DNA of 64,000 nucleotides from Candidatus Falkowbacteria bacterium RIFOXYA2_FULL_47_19 (GCA_001780275.1 MFGB01000020.1:104813-168812), one strand, 5' to 3'. Counted from the stretch's first letter, positions 19,827-29,177 are shown. Notes: a model not told the origin generated them from the sequence alone. Numbers and translations: made by a program.

Positions 19827-20147
19827 ATGAAATTAAAGGTTGTGGCAATTATAATTGAAGATGTCGGTATGTGCGATGTCATGCCAAGATTTCAGCTCAA
19901 AATGGAATCATCCAAACAAAAACCTCCGATTTTATTTCAGCCCATGGGCGATAAATTTATTGATGCGCATGACACCCTCAACAAACTGGATATGTGTCTA
20001 AAACACCGAAAACACAAATTAACTATTGGTATGGAGTGGGGCGCAACAAAACCATCTTATCAGCTACACTGCAATTATTGTGGTTTTAATTTAATTGTAA
20101 AAAAAACAGACGAGACATTTCCGTCTTCACACGAACATAGATTTTAA
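19827..20147 (+). CDS. Hypothetical protein (AT-rich, Cys/His-containing)
   Basis: AGGAG RBS and a terminator at 20163-20197. No family recognised. Confidence 0.45.
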   Translation: MKLKVVAIIIEDVGMCDVMPRFQLKMESSKQKPPILFQPMGDKFIDAHDTLNKLDMCLKHRKHKLTIGMEWGATKPSYQLHCNYCGFNLIVKKTDETFPSSHEHRF

Positions 20148-20162
20148 AATTAACAACAACAA

Positions 20163-20197
20163 GACCTCGAATATTATCGAGGTCATTTTATTTATTT
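20163..20197 (+). terminator. Rho-independent terminator
   Basis: Stem GACCTCGA/TCGAGGTC followed by attttatttattt. Confidence 0.7.
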
Positions 20198-20316
20198 GAA
20201 AATATTTTAATACCATCTTATAATTTCTTTAATTATGGGTTTGGAATACTTGGGTTCACAAACAAAAACACTGCCCTAGGTTGCGGTGTTTTTATTTTTA
20301 TCAAAAATACGGCGGG

Positions 20317-20373
20317 AATAAAAACACCCCGCTTATGAGTCAGCACGTTTTTTGTGCTTTCTCACAAGCGGGG
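20317..20373 (-). terminator. Terminator after the GC-rich gene
   Basis: Stem CCCCGCTT/AAGCGGGG (20327-34 / 20366-73) with an inner hairpin, followed by TGTTTTTATT in minus orientation. Confidence 0.6.
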
Positions 20374-20387
20374 GAAAGTTGTTACTG

Positions 20388-21194
20388 TTAGGCGGTGGCG
20401 GCCAGACGCTCCGCCCGTAGCCTTTTGGATATGGCCGGCGTCCGCCGGAGCAGGTCGGCAAATTCTACTTCGCCGTAGATGGCCCGGCCGAGTCGGATCC
20501 AATCCGGCTCATCCTCGTACACCTCCTCTGCCTTGGCATTATAGCGGAGAAAACGCTCGGCCTGCACCGAAATCTTAGGTACACAACCGCACCACTCTCG
20601 AATCCGGCGGCAAAGTGCCGGAACAAAGGAGTGAAGAAAAGCCGTGCCGTCATTGTCGGCCGTTTGGTGGTACAGGGCGATCAGGCCGTCCAAACCGAAA
20701 ATATCACGGTTGCGGGTCAGCGACTTCTCGACGTACACCTTGGCGGCGAGCATCATCAGCCGCGCCTTTTCCGGCTCATCGAAACGATCGGGGTCGCAAC
20801 CAACCGTCAGGAGAAGCTCGCGGGCGGCCCGACGAATGGCGTTTGGCCCGAGCTCCTTTGCGGTGTAGTCGGTGATAAGATCATCATCCCAATCATCATC
20901 TGGCACTATGCCTACGGCCCATTCCTCGAACGGAACCCAGCGCTTTCCCCGATACTCCGACGGGGAGCCGTAGGCGCGTTCATCCGGGTCCAGGCAATCT
21001 TCGGGCCAGTTATCAATGCTGCCGATGGCGGTGTGTAGTGGAACAATTCCGAGGTATTCGTCGGAGAGTCGGCAACCACAATCATCCTCCCCCCCCATAG
21101 TGCCCTGAAAGTCTTTCTCTTCGATCACAGCTTTTTCCCAGGGAAATTTTACCCTGGCGGACCTGACATTGGGTTTGCGTAAATAACGAGCCAT
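20388..21194 (-). CDS. Hypothetical acidic protein encoded by a strikingly GC-rich gene (likely horizontally acquired)
   Basis: 268-aa ORF with a GGGGGG RBS. Sampled stretches are roughly 60% GC against roughly 30-35% in the flanks. The spurious antisense ORFs here are a typical symptom of high GC. Confidence 0.6.
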   Translation of the reverse strand: MARYLRKPNVRSARVKFPWEKAVIEEKDFQGTMGGEDDCGCRLSDEYLGIVPLHTAIGSIDNWPEDCLDPDERAYGSPSEYRGKRWVPFEEWAVGIVPDDDWDDDLITDYTAKELGPNAIRRAARELLLTVGCDPDRFDEPEKARLMMLAAKVYVEKSLTRNRDIFGLDGLIALYHQTADNDGTAFLHSFVPALCRRIREWCGCVPKISVQAERFLRYNAKAEEVYEDEPDWIRLGRAIYGEVEFADLLRRTPAISKRLRAERLAATA

Positions 21195-21257
21195 AGGTCA
21201 CCCCCCTTTCTATGTGTGGGTTAATTGTAATGTTCAAAAAAATAAAACGTCTTTTTT

Positions 21258-21286
21258 AATATAGCATAATTCAATAAAAAAGTCAA
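21258..21286 (-). promoter_or_regulatory. Sigma70-type promoter TTGACT-N17-TATATT for the GC-rich gene
   Basis: Plus agtcaa at 21281-86 and aatata at 21258-63, spacer 17 nt. Confidence 0.6.
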
Positions 21287-21342
21287 GTACTTTAATTATT
21301 TTTTAACTAATTTTAAACAAATAGTTAATTTATAAATAAACC

Positions 21343-21370
21343 GTAGAGGCGCGATTAATCGCGTCTCTAC
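21343..21370. repeat. Hairpin GTAGAGGCGCGAT-TA-ATCGCGTCTCTAC (same family as 15614-15641)
   Basis: The GTAGAG(A/G)CGC...GCGTCTCTAC arms are shared with the ppsA terminator hairpin. Confidence 0.6.
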
Positions 21371-21372
21371 AC

Positions 21373-21410
21373 AAAAAAATAATAAAAAACCACCCTTTTA
21401 CGCGGTGGTT
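21373..21410 (-). terminator. Terminator after the 21447-21668 gene
   Basis: Stem AACCACC/GGTGGTT with a long T-run in minus orientation. Confidence 0.65.
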
Positions 21411-21446
21411 TCCTGTAGAACTTTGCTTTATTTTTATAATCTGCGC

Positions 21447-21668
21447 TTATTGCTGCTTTCCTTGTCCGGCCAGGCCGTACATCGTAGTCGATCCGCTCGA
21501 CCAGTATTCCAGTAGGCCTTCGGCCACCATCCGATTAATAAGCGGTTTCGCCTCCCGCGGCTTTACACCCAAAATGGCGACCAGATCATTAAAGTAAACC
21601 TTACTCTTGGTTTTAAGTTTTTTCGTCAACTCGTCCACGACCAGTTTTTTCGCGTCCTCGTAATCCAT
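21447..21668 (-). CDS. Small winged-helix-like DNA-binding protein
   Basis: 73 aa. FNDLVAILGVKPREAKPLINRMVAEGLLEY looks like a wHTH. GGGGG RBS. Confidence 0.4.
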   Translation of the reverse strand: MDYEDAKKLVVDELTKKLKTKSKVYFNDLVAILGVKPREAKPLINRMVAEGLLEYWSSGSTTMYGLAGQGKQQ

Positions 21669-21828
21669 CTTTTACCCCCCCTGTTTTTTTTAAAATGTGC
21701 ATTTAATGATTTTTATAATAAAAACAAACAACGCTTTCAATTTAACACGTTTTCCGAAAAAGTCAATCTAAAAACCATTATCCACCAAGAATCCAAACCC
21801 TAAAAGCTATAACCTAAAACCTAAAAAC

Positions 21829-22902
21829 CTATTGGAGCATCTTCTTAAACCAGTCGACATAAGGAATGGCGGCCGGATTAACCTTATAGGCGATACCCAG
21901 ATAATAACTCACCCAGGCTCCCAACTGCAAAAGCTCAAAATTCTGTAATAATTTTTTATCGCCCCTCATCTCATAGGCGATAACGGTTACTTTATTTTTT
22001 TTAACCACCTGTTTGGTAAGCTGGCTCCGTTTCTGTACTCGCGGATTATAAAAAGCTGAATCAAAAAATAAAAACGCCAGGTTTTTTCGATTGCTTGCCG
22101 GATTAACCAGTCCTTCCATTGTATAGTGATTCAGGTCGGGGAGTTCCAAGAAAGAAGCGAACGATTTTGAGCATTCATTGATCTGGTTGCGCGTCGCGTG
22201 TATATTTCCCGTTAAATGTTCAGCCGCGACCAGAACCGGTATGCGCCCGAATATTTTTTGCGCGATCTGTTTCGCCGCGTTTACCCGGGTCGGCGCTTCC
22301 GGCCGAAGGCGCCGGGTCCAGATTTCCAAGGAAGCGATAATATCCTCAATCTCACGCACGTTTATTTTAAACAGTCCGGCTTTGGCGATCATGCTGGCGA
22401 TCCCGAATATAGAATATCCGAGCCCCAGGCGCGGCTGGAGAGACGGGTTGAATTGCGGCTTAAAAATATAACCGGGAATATCATCTCTCATCATTAGTTT
22501 TACCAGTTTACTTTTCGGATCATCCGAGCTTATCGCCATGATCTTCGCGCCGCGTTTTTTCACTTCGCGGTAAACGCTTAATGGCTCTTCGGTGGTGCCG
22601 GAATATGAGGACAAGATATATAAAGTATTCTCATTGACGTGGGCCGGAACGCTGTATCCGGGTGTAATGGTAATAGGCACCTTAATCTTGTCGGCAAAGG
22701 CCGAGCGCAGGATATGCGCGCCGATATTAGAGCCACCCATACCGTTTAACACTATCTGAGAAACGCGGCTGTATTCCGCGGGCACTTTTATCAGCCGCGC
22801 CTCGTCTAAAACCTGCCGCATCTGGTCCGGCAAGGATTCCATAGCCTCGCCGACCCGGCCGGTGTCCAGTTTTTTATAGATTTTAAGATCATCTAGATTC
22901 AT
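21829..22902 (-). CDS. Bifunctional phosphoglucose/phosphomannose isomerase (SIS domain, archaeal type)
   Basis: The N-terminal MESLPDQMRQ pattern, GMGGSNIG, and a size of ~350 aa are all typical of the PGI/PMI family. Confidence 0.65.
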   Translation of the reverse strand: MNLDDLKIYKKLDTGRVGEAMESLPDQMRQVLDEARLIKVPAEYSRVSQIVLNGMGGSNIGAHILRSAFADKIKVPITITPGYSVPAHVNENTLYILSSYSGTTEEPLSVYREVKKRGAKIMAISSDDPKSKLVKLMMRDDIPGYIFKPQFNPSLQPRLGLGYSIFGIASMIAKAGLFKINVREIEDIIASLEIWTRRLRPEAPTRVNAAKQIAQKIFGRIPVLVAAEHLTGNIHATRNQINECSKSFASFLELPDLNHYTMEGLVNPASNRKNLAFLFFDSAFYNPRVQKRSQLTKQVVKKNKVTVIAYEMRGDKKLLQNFELLQLGAWVSYYLGIAYKVNPAAIPYVDWFKKMLQ

Positions 22903-23021
22903 ATTTTTCTTCGCTTAATGATTAACATGTCTTAATTTTACCAATTCTTTCGCTTATTGTCTATAAATACCGGCGAATTTTAAAATAATAAAACCGCCCC
23001 GGATTTGAAGGGCGGTATTTT

Positions 23022-24245
23022 TTATAAACGGAAATATGCTTTTTTCAAGGCTTCTTCCAGATTGGCGATCAGGTCGTCCGGGTGTTCGGCGCCGATAGAT
23101 AAGCGGATAAAACCGGGAGTGATACCGGCTTCTAGTTTATCGCTGTCTCTATAAGAAACGTGGGTGGTGGACCAGGGATGGGTAATCAGGGATTCAAGGT
23201 CGCCTAAACTTACCGAATTGATAAATGCCGTAGCGTGATCTATGAATCTCCACGCTTTTTCCTGTCCCCCTTTAAGCTCGAAAGAAACCATGCCGCCGAA
23301 TTTTCCGTCCATCTGCCTTAAAGCGGTATGATGGCCGGGGTGCTTAGGTAGGCCGGGATAATAGACCCGGTTTACCATTTCCTGTTTCTGTAGCCACTCG
23401 GCGATTTCTTTGGCGCTTTTACAGAACCGCTCCATGCGCAGATGAAGGGATTTTAGTCCGCGCACGATCTCGTGGGCATCCCGGGGGCTTAGCATCGGAC
23501 CGAAGTGGTTCATGTATTCATTTCTGATCTTCTGTAGATCCGAAATATTCCTGCATACGATCGCGCCGGCGGTCACGTCTCCGTGGCCGTTTATGTATTT
23601 TGTGGCCGAGTGGACCACGATGTTAGCGCCCAGATCCAGCGGCCTCAATAAATACGGCGTCGCAAAGGTATTGTCGGTAATCAACGGAATTTTGTGTTTA
23701 TTGGCGATTTCTGCCCAAAAAGAAATATCGATAACATCCAACACCGGGTTTGTAACGGTTTCAGCATAAAGAAACCTGGTTTGATGGTCGATCATTTTTT
23801 CAATGACCGCGGAATTGCCGTAATCTTTCCTGGCGACAAACCTCGCTTTCATGAAATATCTTTTTAGGTCATTATCAAATAAAGCGTGTGTTCCGCCGTA
23901 AGCCGTGGCGCAGGCCACAAAATTATCGCCTGGCCGGAGAAATGTCATAACAGTAGCCGCGATCGCCGCCATGCCGGAAGACGTGGCAATAGCTCCCGTC
24001 CCGTTTTCAAGCAGGGCCAGTCTTTCTTCGAGATCAGTAATATTTGGATTTCCGCCGCAACGAGTGTATACGCAGCTATTTTCAGTTTTTCCACTCATAA
24101 CATCGGAGATCTCTCGAGCGGTTTTAAATTGAAAAGGTGCGCTCGCGTAGATTGGATGAACCAGTGGACCATTTTCCCGTTTTCCAAAATGCGAACCGTG
24201 AACGATTAAAGATTCCGTTTTTAATGATCGTCTTTTGGTTTCCAT
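23022..24245 (-). CDS. Cys/Met-metabolism PLP enzyme (O-acetylhomoserine sulfhydrylase / methionine gamma-lyase family)
   Basis: HSATKYINGHGDV PLP-lysine motif, ~400 aa. Confidence 0.8.
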   Translation of the reverse strand: METKRRSLKTESLIVHGSHFGKRENGPLVHPIYASAPFQFKTAREISDVMSGKTENSCVYTRCGGNPNITDLEERLALLENGTGAIATSSGMAAIAATVMTFLRPGDNFVACATAYGGTHALFDNDLKRYFMKARFVARKDYGNSAVIEKMIDHQTRFLYAETVTNPVLDVIDISFWAEIANKHKIPLITDNTFATPYLLRPLDLGANIVVHSATKYINGHGDVTAGAIVCRNISDLQKIRNEYMNHFGPMLSPRDAHEIVRGLKSLHLRMERFCKSAKEIAEWLQKQEMVNRVYYPGLPKHPGHHTALRQMDGKFGGMVSFELKGGQEKAWRFIDHATAFINSVSLGDLESLITHPWSTTHVSYRDSDKLEAGITPGFIRLSIGAEHPDDLIANLEEALKKAYFRL

Positions 24246-24474
24246 TTTAACCTCGCCGTTTGTTATTAAATTAACCGTACATTGTTAAAGTTCTTTAAAC
24301 TGACTTTACCTTAGCAAAAATGAACGGTTTTGTCAAAGAGCTCCGCTTGCTTTTTTTTTAACTATATGCTAATCTTAAGGGTAAATAATGTTATTAAGAA
24401 ATTATTCTAAACTTACCTTATCTTGGTTCTTGGAATTAGTGATTTTTTCCATTTCTCGGATAAGGAAAAAACCA

Positions 24475-24861
24475 ATGTTAGACAAAAAAATCAAGCAAAA
24501 AATTATCAGCAAGTTTAAGGTGCATGATAACGACACCGGTTCTACCCAGGTGCAGATCGCTATCCTTACCGAAGAGATCAAGGAATTATCCGAACACCTT
24601 AAAAAGCATAAACACGATCATTCTTCCCGCCGCGGTCTTTTAAAAAAAGTCGGCGAGAGAAGAAAACTCTTAAAATATCTCCAAAAGGAAGATGAAAAAT
24701 CATTTGCTGATCTCGCTAAACGGTTAAAATTAAAAATAGCCAAAAAACTTATCGAAGAAGAAGATGAAAGACTAAGATTAGAACAGGAATTAATGGCTAA
24801 AGACGAGATCAAGGTGGAAGAAGAGGAAATCGCGGAAGAAGCCGCTGCTGAAAAAGAATAA
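24475..24861 (+). CDS. rpsO: 30S ribosomal protein S15 with a ~40-aa Glu-rich C-terminal extension
   Basis: MLDKKIKQKIISKFKVHDNDTGSTQVQIAILTEEIKELSEHLKKHKHDHSSRRGLLKKVGERRKLLKYL. AAGGA RBS 9 nt upstream of the ATG at 24475. The track ORF start at 24388 looks like a non-coding extension. Confidence 0.85.
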   Translation: MLDKKIKQKIISKFKVHDNDTGSTQVQIAILTEEIKELSEHLKKHKHDHSSRRGLLKKVGERRKLLKYLQKEDEKSFADLAKRLKLKIAKKLIEEEDERLRLEQELMAKDEIKVEEEEIAEEAAAEKE

Positions 24862-24923
24862 ATTAATTAACGTGCGATTCTGGATACCTTTACTCGGCAT
24901 TCCATGGCTCACTGATATTTAAT

Positions 24924-25427
24924 ATGATAAAACACAAAGACCAACGGGTTGGTATTTTGGTTGATGTATCCAATATGTACCACTCGGCTAAGAATTTATA
25001 TAAATCCAGGGTTAATTATAAAGAGGTTTTAAGGGCGGTGGTAGCCGGGCGAAAACTGATCCGGGCGACTGCTTATGTTATAAAAACCGAGTCAGAGGAA
25101 GAAACTTCATTTTTCGAGGCCTTAAGCCAGCAAGGATTCGAAGTAAAAATGAAAGAGCTGCAGATCTTTGCGGGTGGCGCTAAAAAGGCCGATTGGGACG
25201 TCGGCATCGCCATGGACGCGATCAAGCTTGGGAAAAAACTGGACGTGATCGTGATCGTTTCCGGCGACGGGGATTATGTTCCTTTGGTAAGTTATCTTCA
25301 AAATACCATGGGTTGTCTGGTGGAAATAGCCGCTTTTAAACAAACCGCCTCATCGCGATTAATAGAAGAGTCGGATGATTTCCTGAATTTAAGCGAAGAC
25401 AAAAGATTCCTGTTAAAAACGAATTAA
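24924..25427 (+). CDS. NYN-domain (LabA/DUF88-like) putative RNase
   Basis: VGILVDVSNMYHS...DVGIAMDAI...IVSGDGDYVPLV. Confidence 0.7.
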   Translation: MIKHKDQRVGILVDVSNMYHSAKNLYKSRVNYKEVLRAVVAGRKLIRATAYVIKTESEEETSFFEALSQQGFEVKMKELQIFAGGAKKADWDVGIAMDAIKLGKKLDVIVIVSGDGDYVPLVSYLQNTMGCLVEIAAFKQTASSRLIEESDDFLNLSEDKRFLLKTN

Positions 25428-25572
25428 ATAATAAAAAACTTGGTCATCGGATAGATAGTACTGCGTGGTGATTCACCAGTCCTTTAATCTGGTGGCCAAG
25501 CCTACAGCGATCCCTTATTCCTATGTTATCCGAAACGTAACATATTTTATTGGATTCGCGAAACAAAAAAAC

Positions 25573-27849
25573 ATGAACAACGAAAAAATGTTCTCAACTG
25601 AGTGGCTTGGCCGCACACTCACTCTTAAAACCGGAAGGTTGGCCCGCCAGGCCAATGCCGCCGTAACCGTACAATACGGGGATACGGTGGTTTTAGCAAG
25701 CGTCGTCGAATCAAAAGAAGAACGGGAAGGTATTGATTTCTTCCCACTGATGGTAGATTTCGAGGAACGACTTTACGCCGCCGGCATCATAAAAGGTTCC
25801 CGCTGGATTAAGCGGGAGGGGCGCCCGTCCGATGAAGCTATTCTTACGGGACGGATGATCGATCGTTCGATCCGCCCCTTATTTCCCGAGGGTTCCCGCA
25901 AAGACGTGCAAGTGGTTATTACCGTCCTCTCAACCGACCATGAGAACGATTATGATATCGTTTCCCTTGTAGCCGCTTCAGCCGCCCTGTCTCTTTCCGG
26001 TGTCGCTTGGTCCGGACCGATCGGCGGTATTAGAGTCGGCCGCGTTGAAGGAAAGCTGATCTTTAATCCCACCTATGAAGAACGGACAAAAAGCGATCTG
26101 GATCTGATCGTGGCGGGAACTGAAAAAAAGGTGATCATGATTGAAGCTGGAGGAAGCGAGATAAAAGAGGATGATATGTACGCGGCAATAATAGCCGGCC
26201 AAAAAGAACTTTTAGGCGCTATCGACCTGATCAAAAAAATGGTTTCCGAGGTTGGGGTAAAAAAAATAGACAACAAAAAAAAGAGGGTCAGCGCCGAAGA
26301 AACAGAATCCCAAAAAGAAAAAGAAGTATTGATCAAAACCGCCGAGAAATGGCTTGAAAGCAATATAAATAAAATTCTTTTCGATAAGACCTACTATACC
26401 AAAGGCGAGCGTAAATTAGCGGTGCAGGCGATCAAAGACGGCTTGGACGAATATTTGTTCGACCAGAATATCAGCCGTGATAAACGCGAGTTCGCCATCA
26501 AAAAAACAGTGGAAGCGGCCGTAGACGCGGCTATAACCCGGGAAATAATCGAAAATAAGCGGCGGGTGGACGGCCGGAAACTTGACGAGATCAGACCCCT
26601 TTCAGCTGACGTAGAAATACTTCCCAGAAATCACGGCGCCGGGCTCTTCTCCCGGGGGGAAACCCAAATTATGTCGATTGTGACTTTGGGCGCTCCCGGA
26701 TTGGCACAATCCCTGGAGGGAATCGAGGGTGTTGGTGAAAAAAGATTCATGCATCATTATAATTTTCCCCCGTTTTCAGTTGGCGAAGCTAAACCCATGC
26801 GCGGACCGGGCAGGAGAGAAATCGGGCATGGTGCACTAGCCGAAAAAGCCCTTTTACCCCTTATCCCCTCAAAAGACGATTTTCCTTACACGATCCGGGT
26901 GGTGTCGGAAACGCTGGGCTCTAACGGCTCATCTTCTATGGGTTCAACCTGCGCTATGTCCCTGGCCTTAATGGATGCCGGCGTCCCGATTAAAAAAGCG
27001 GTGGCTGGTATAGCGATCGGCTTGGCTTCGAACGAGGATATGAGCCGCTGGGAGGTATTAACCGATATCCAGGACCTTGAAGATGGTAAAGGAGGCATGG
27101 ACTTTAAGATCACCGGTACAATAGACGGGGTTACCGCTATTCAACTCGACACAAAAACAAACGGCCTCACCGATGAAATAATAAAAGAAGCTCTGGACCG
27201 CGGCCGGACCGCCCGGAAGGAAATACTTAAGGTTATGGCCGGAGCGATCGAGGCTCCGCGTCCGGAATTATCTCCTTACGCGCCGCGCATCATCACTATC
27301 CATATAAATCCGGATAAGATCCGCGATGTGATCGGTGCCGGCGGCAAGGTTATTAACGGTATTATAGCCGAAACCGGCGTTTCGATCGACATTGAAGATG
27401 ACGGTACGGTCTTTATCTGCTCCACCGACGAAGAAAGCAGTAAAAAGGCCCTGAAGATGGTAGAAGATATCACTCGTGAATTCGAGCCAGGCGAAATCTT
27501 TAAAGGCAAGGTCGTCCGCATGCTGGATTTCGGCGCATTTGTGGAGATAGCTCCCGGGCGCGACGGTATGGTGCACGTTTCCAAACTTGCCCCTTACCGC
27601 GTTTCAAAACCGTCTGACTTTTTCGCGGTCGGCGACGAAGTTTACGTAAAAGTGGAAGAAATAGACGATCAGGGACGGCTGAATCTGACCATGGTCGGGC
27701 TTACGGAAAACGAACCGCTTTGGCTCAACCGCAAAGGCGAGCAATCCGGCGGAGGATTCGGCGGCGGAAGGGATAGAGGTGGATTCGGCGGGAATCGTAA
27801 TGGGCGCGACAGGCGCGATAGCGGCGGACGAGGAGGATTTCGAAGATAA
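25573..27849 (+). CDS. pnp: Polyribonucleotide nucleotidyltransferase (PNPase) with a C-terminal RGG-rich tail
   Basis: Two RNase PH domains plus KH and S1 domains. I chose the start at MNNEKMFSTEW (ATG 25573). The track ORF begins at a GTG at 25465. The tail reads GGGFGGGRDRGGFGGNRNGRDRRDSGGRGGFRR. Confidence 0.9.
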   Translation: MNNEKMFSTEWLGRTLTLKTGRLARQANAAVTVQYGDTVVLASVVESKEEREGIDFFPLMVDFEERLYAAGIIKGSRWIKREGRPSDEAILTGRMIDRSIRPLFPEGSRKDVQVVITVLSTDHENDYDIVSLVAASAALSLSGVAWSGPIGGIRVGRVEGKLIFNPTYEERTKSDLDLIVAGTEKKVIMIEAGGSEIKEDDMYAAIIAGQKELLGAIDLIKKMVSEVGVKKIDNKKKRVSAEETESQKEKEVLIKTAEKWLESNINKILFDKTYYTKGERKLAVQAIKDGLDEYLFDQNISRDKREFAIKKTVEAAVDAAITREIIENKRRVDGRKLDEIRPLSADVEILPRNHGAGLFSRGETQIMSIVTLGAPGLAQSLEGIEGVGEKRFMHHYNFPPFSVGEAKPMRGPGRREIGHGALAEKALLPLIPSKDDFPYTIRVVSETLGSNGSSSMGSTCAMSLALMDAGVPIKKAVAGIAIGLASNEDMSRWEVLTDIQDLEDGKGGMDFKITGTIDGVTAIQLDTKTNGLTDEIIKEALDRGRTARKEILKVMAGAIEAPRPELSPYAPRIITIHINPDKIRDVIGAGGKVINGIIAETGVSIDIEDDGTVFICSTDEESSKKALKMVEDITREFEPGEIFKGKVVRMLDFGAFVEIAPGRDGMVHVSKLAPYRVSKPSDFFAVGDEVYVKVEEIDDQGRLNLTMVGLTENEPLWLNRKGEQSGGGFGGGRDRGGFGGNRNGRDRRDSGGRGGFRR

Positions 27850-27870
27850 AAAATAATTTTACATAAAACG

Positions 27871-27899
27871 ATCCCCGGGTGTACCGGGGATTGTTTTTT
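27871..27899 (+). terminator. Terminator after pnp
   Basis: Stem ATCCCCGG/CCGGGGAT followed by TGTTTTTT. Confidence 0.8.
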
Positions 27900-27963
27900 A
27901 TAAAAGTTTTTTATTTTTCCCAAATTTTGTTAAAATAAATATATGACGGACAAATAAATAATT

Positions 27964-29007
27964 ATGCGATTCAAAACAATAAAGCACAACCCGATCCTCA
28001 GGCCGGATCCGAAAAGCGTCTGGCAATCGCTTATGGTCTATAATCCGGGAGTTATACGTAAAAACGGCGTTTACCATCTTTTTTATCGCGCGGTCGGAGC
28101 CGGCTGGATATCAAAGATCGGACACGCGGTATCGGGCGATGGAAAAAAATTCATTTGTGATAAAAAACCGCTTTTATCACCCGAAATGACCATTGAAAAA
28201 AACGGGTTGGAGGATCCGCGCATTGTGGTTATAGATGGCCTTTATTACCTTACCTATACGGCCTATGACGGTTTTTCGGCCCGATTGTGCCTGGCAACAT
28301 CGAAAGATCTTAAAAACTGGATCCGGCACGGCGAGATGATCCCCGATTGGGATTTTAAACGCGCGCATGGTTTTATCGTCCCCTGGGATAGCGCCCAAAA
28401 AACGCCGGCTGCGGCCAAATACTGGTCTAAAGCCGGAGGTATTTTTCCGGAAAAAATCAACAATAAATTTTATATGCTTTTCGGCGACCGCCATATCTGG
28501 CTGGCAAATTCCGATGATGGGTTAAGTTGGCGGCCGACCTATAAACCCTTTTTAAAACCGCGACTTAACTTTTTCGACAGTGCCCATATTGAAATGGGAC
28601 CGCCGCCTTTAAAAACTAAAAAAGGTTGGTTGGTTTTATACCACGGCATAGAGAATAAAAAGGGCCGGATAATTTACCGTCTGGGTTTTGTACTGCTGGA
28701 TTTAAAAAATCCGTCTAAAATTTTATACAGAACCTCAAAGCCGGTTTTTGCGCCGCCAGCCGGACATATTACGTCCGGATTTATTAATATTTTACCGGGC
28801 GGTTTTAAGGCTATGGAAATAATGGAACAAAAAAATTTAAAAAAATTCATAAAAAAAACGGCCCAAAAACGTGAATTGCCGCGTATAATATTTTGCAATG
28901 GAGCGGTTATTGTGGGTGATATTTTAAAAATCTATTACGGAATAAGCGATACAACAATCGGGTCCGCCGCCGTAAAATTAAAAACCCTTTTGAGTATCAA
29001 AAAATAA
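27964..29007 (+). CDS. GH130-family glycoside phosphorylase/hydrolase (DUF377-type beta-propeller)
   Basis: NPGVIRKNGVYHLFYRAVG, EDPRIVVIDGLYYLTYTAYDG, WLVLYHG. Confidence 0.7.
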   Translation: MRFKTIKHNPILRPDPKSVWQSLMVYNPGVIRKNGVYHLFYRAVGAGWISKIGHAVSGDGKKFICDKKPLLSPEMTIEKNGLEDPRIVVIDGLYYLTYTAYDGFSARLCLATSKDLKNWIRHGEMIPDWDFKRAHGFIVPWDSAQKTPAAAKYWSKAGGIFPEKINNKFYMLFGDRHIWLANSDDGLSWRPTYKPFLKPRLNFFDSAHIEMGPPPLKTKKGWLVLYHGIENKKGRIIYRLGFVLLDLKNPSKILYRTSKPVFAPPAGHITSGFINILPGGFKAMEIMEQKNLKKFIKKTAQKRELPRIIFCNGAVIVGDILKIYYGISDTTIGSAAVKLKTLLSIKK

Positions 29008-29024
29008 ATTTCTCCATCCCCGAA

Positions 29025-29049
29025 CGATCCGGCAAGGATCGCTTTTTTA
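29025..29049 (+). terminator. Terminator after the GH130 gene
   Basis: Stem CGATCC/GGATCG followed by TTTTTT. Confidence 0.65.
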
Positions 29050-29177
29050 TTATTATAACTATGTTTTTAATCTTATTTTAAATAAATATTAATAAATCCA
29101 TTTTTTTCTTTCTCTTTAATAATTGCCCTTGATTTGGTATACTTTATATTGTATAGTTATTCTAAATTTACGATTTT

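Noticed and set aside
20354-21038. Multiple antisense or alternate-frame ORFs (62-135 aa) overlapping the 20388-21194 gene
   Set aside because: These are typical shadow ORFs of a GC-rich gene. Only the 268-aa minus-strand frame has a promoter, an RBS and a terminator.
24388-24474. N-terminal extensions of track ORFs. The same issue applies to pnp (25465-25572), the pilin gene (3802-3885), the NDT-like gene (49608-49682), the Trx-DsbD gene (53816-53881) and the phosphatase gene (45477-45491)
   Set aside because: The extensions add non-homologous or junk-like residues. They overlap upstream terminators or genes, or start at non-ATG codons, while an internal ATG gives the canonical N-terminus or signal peptide, in some cases with an RBS.
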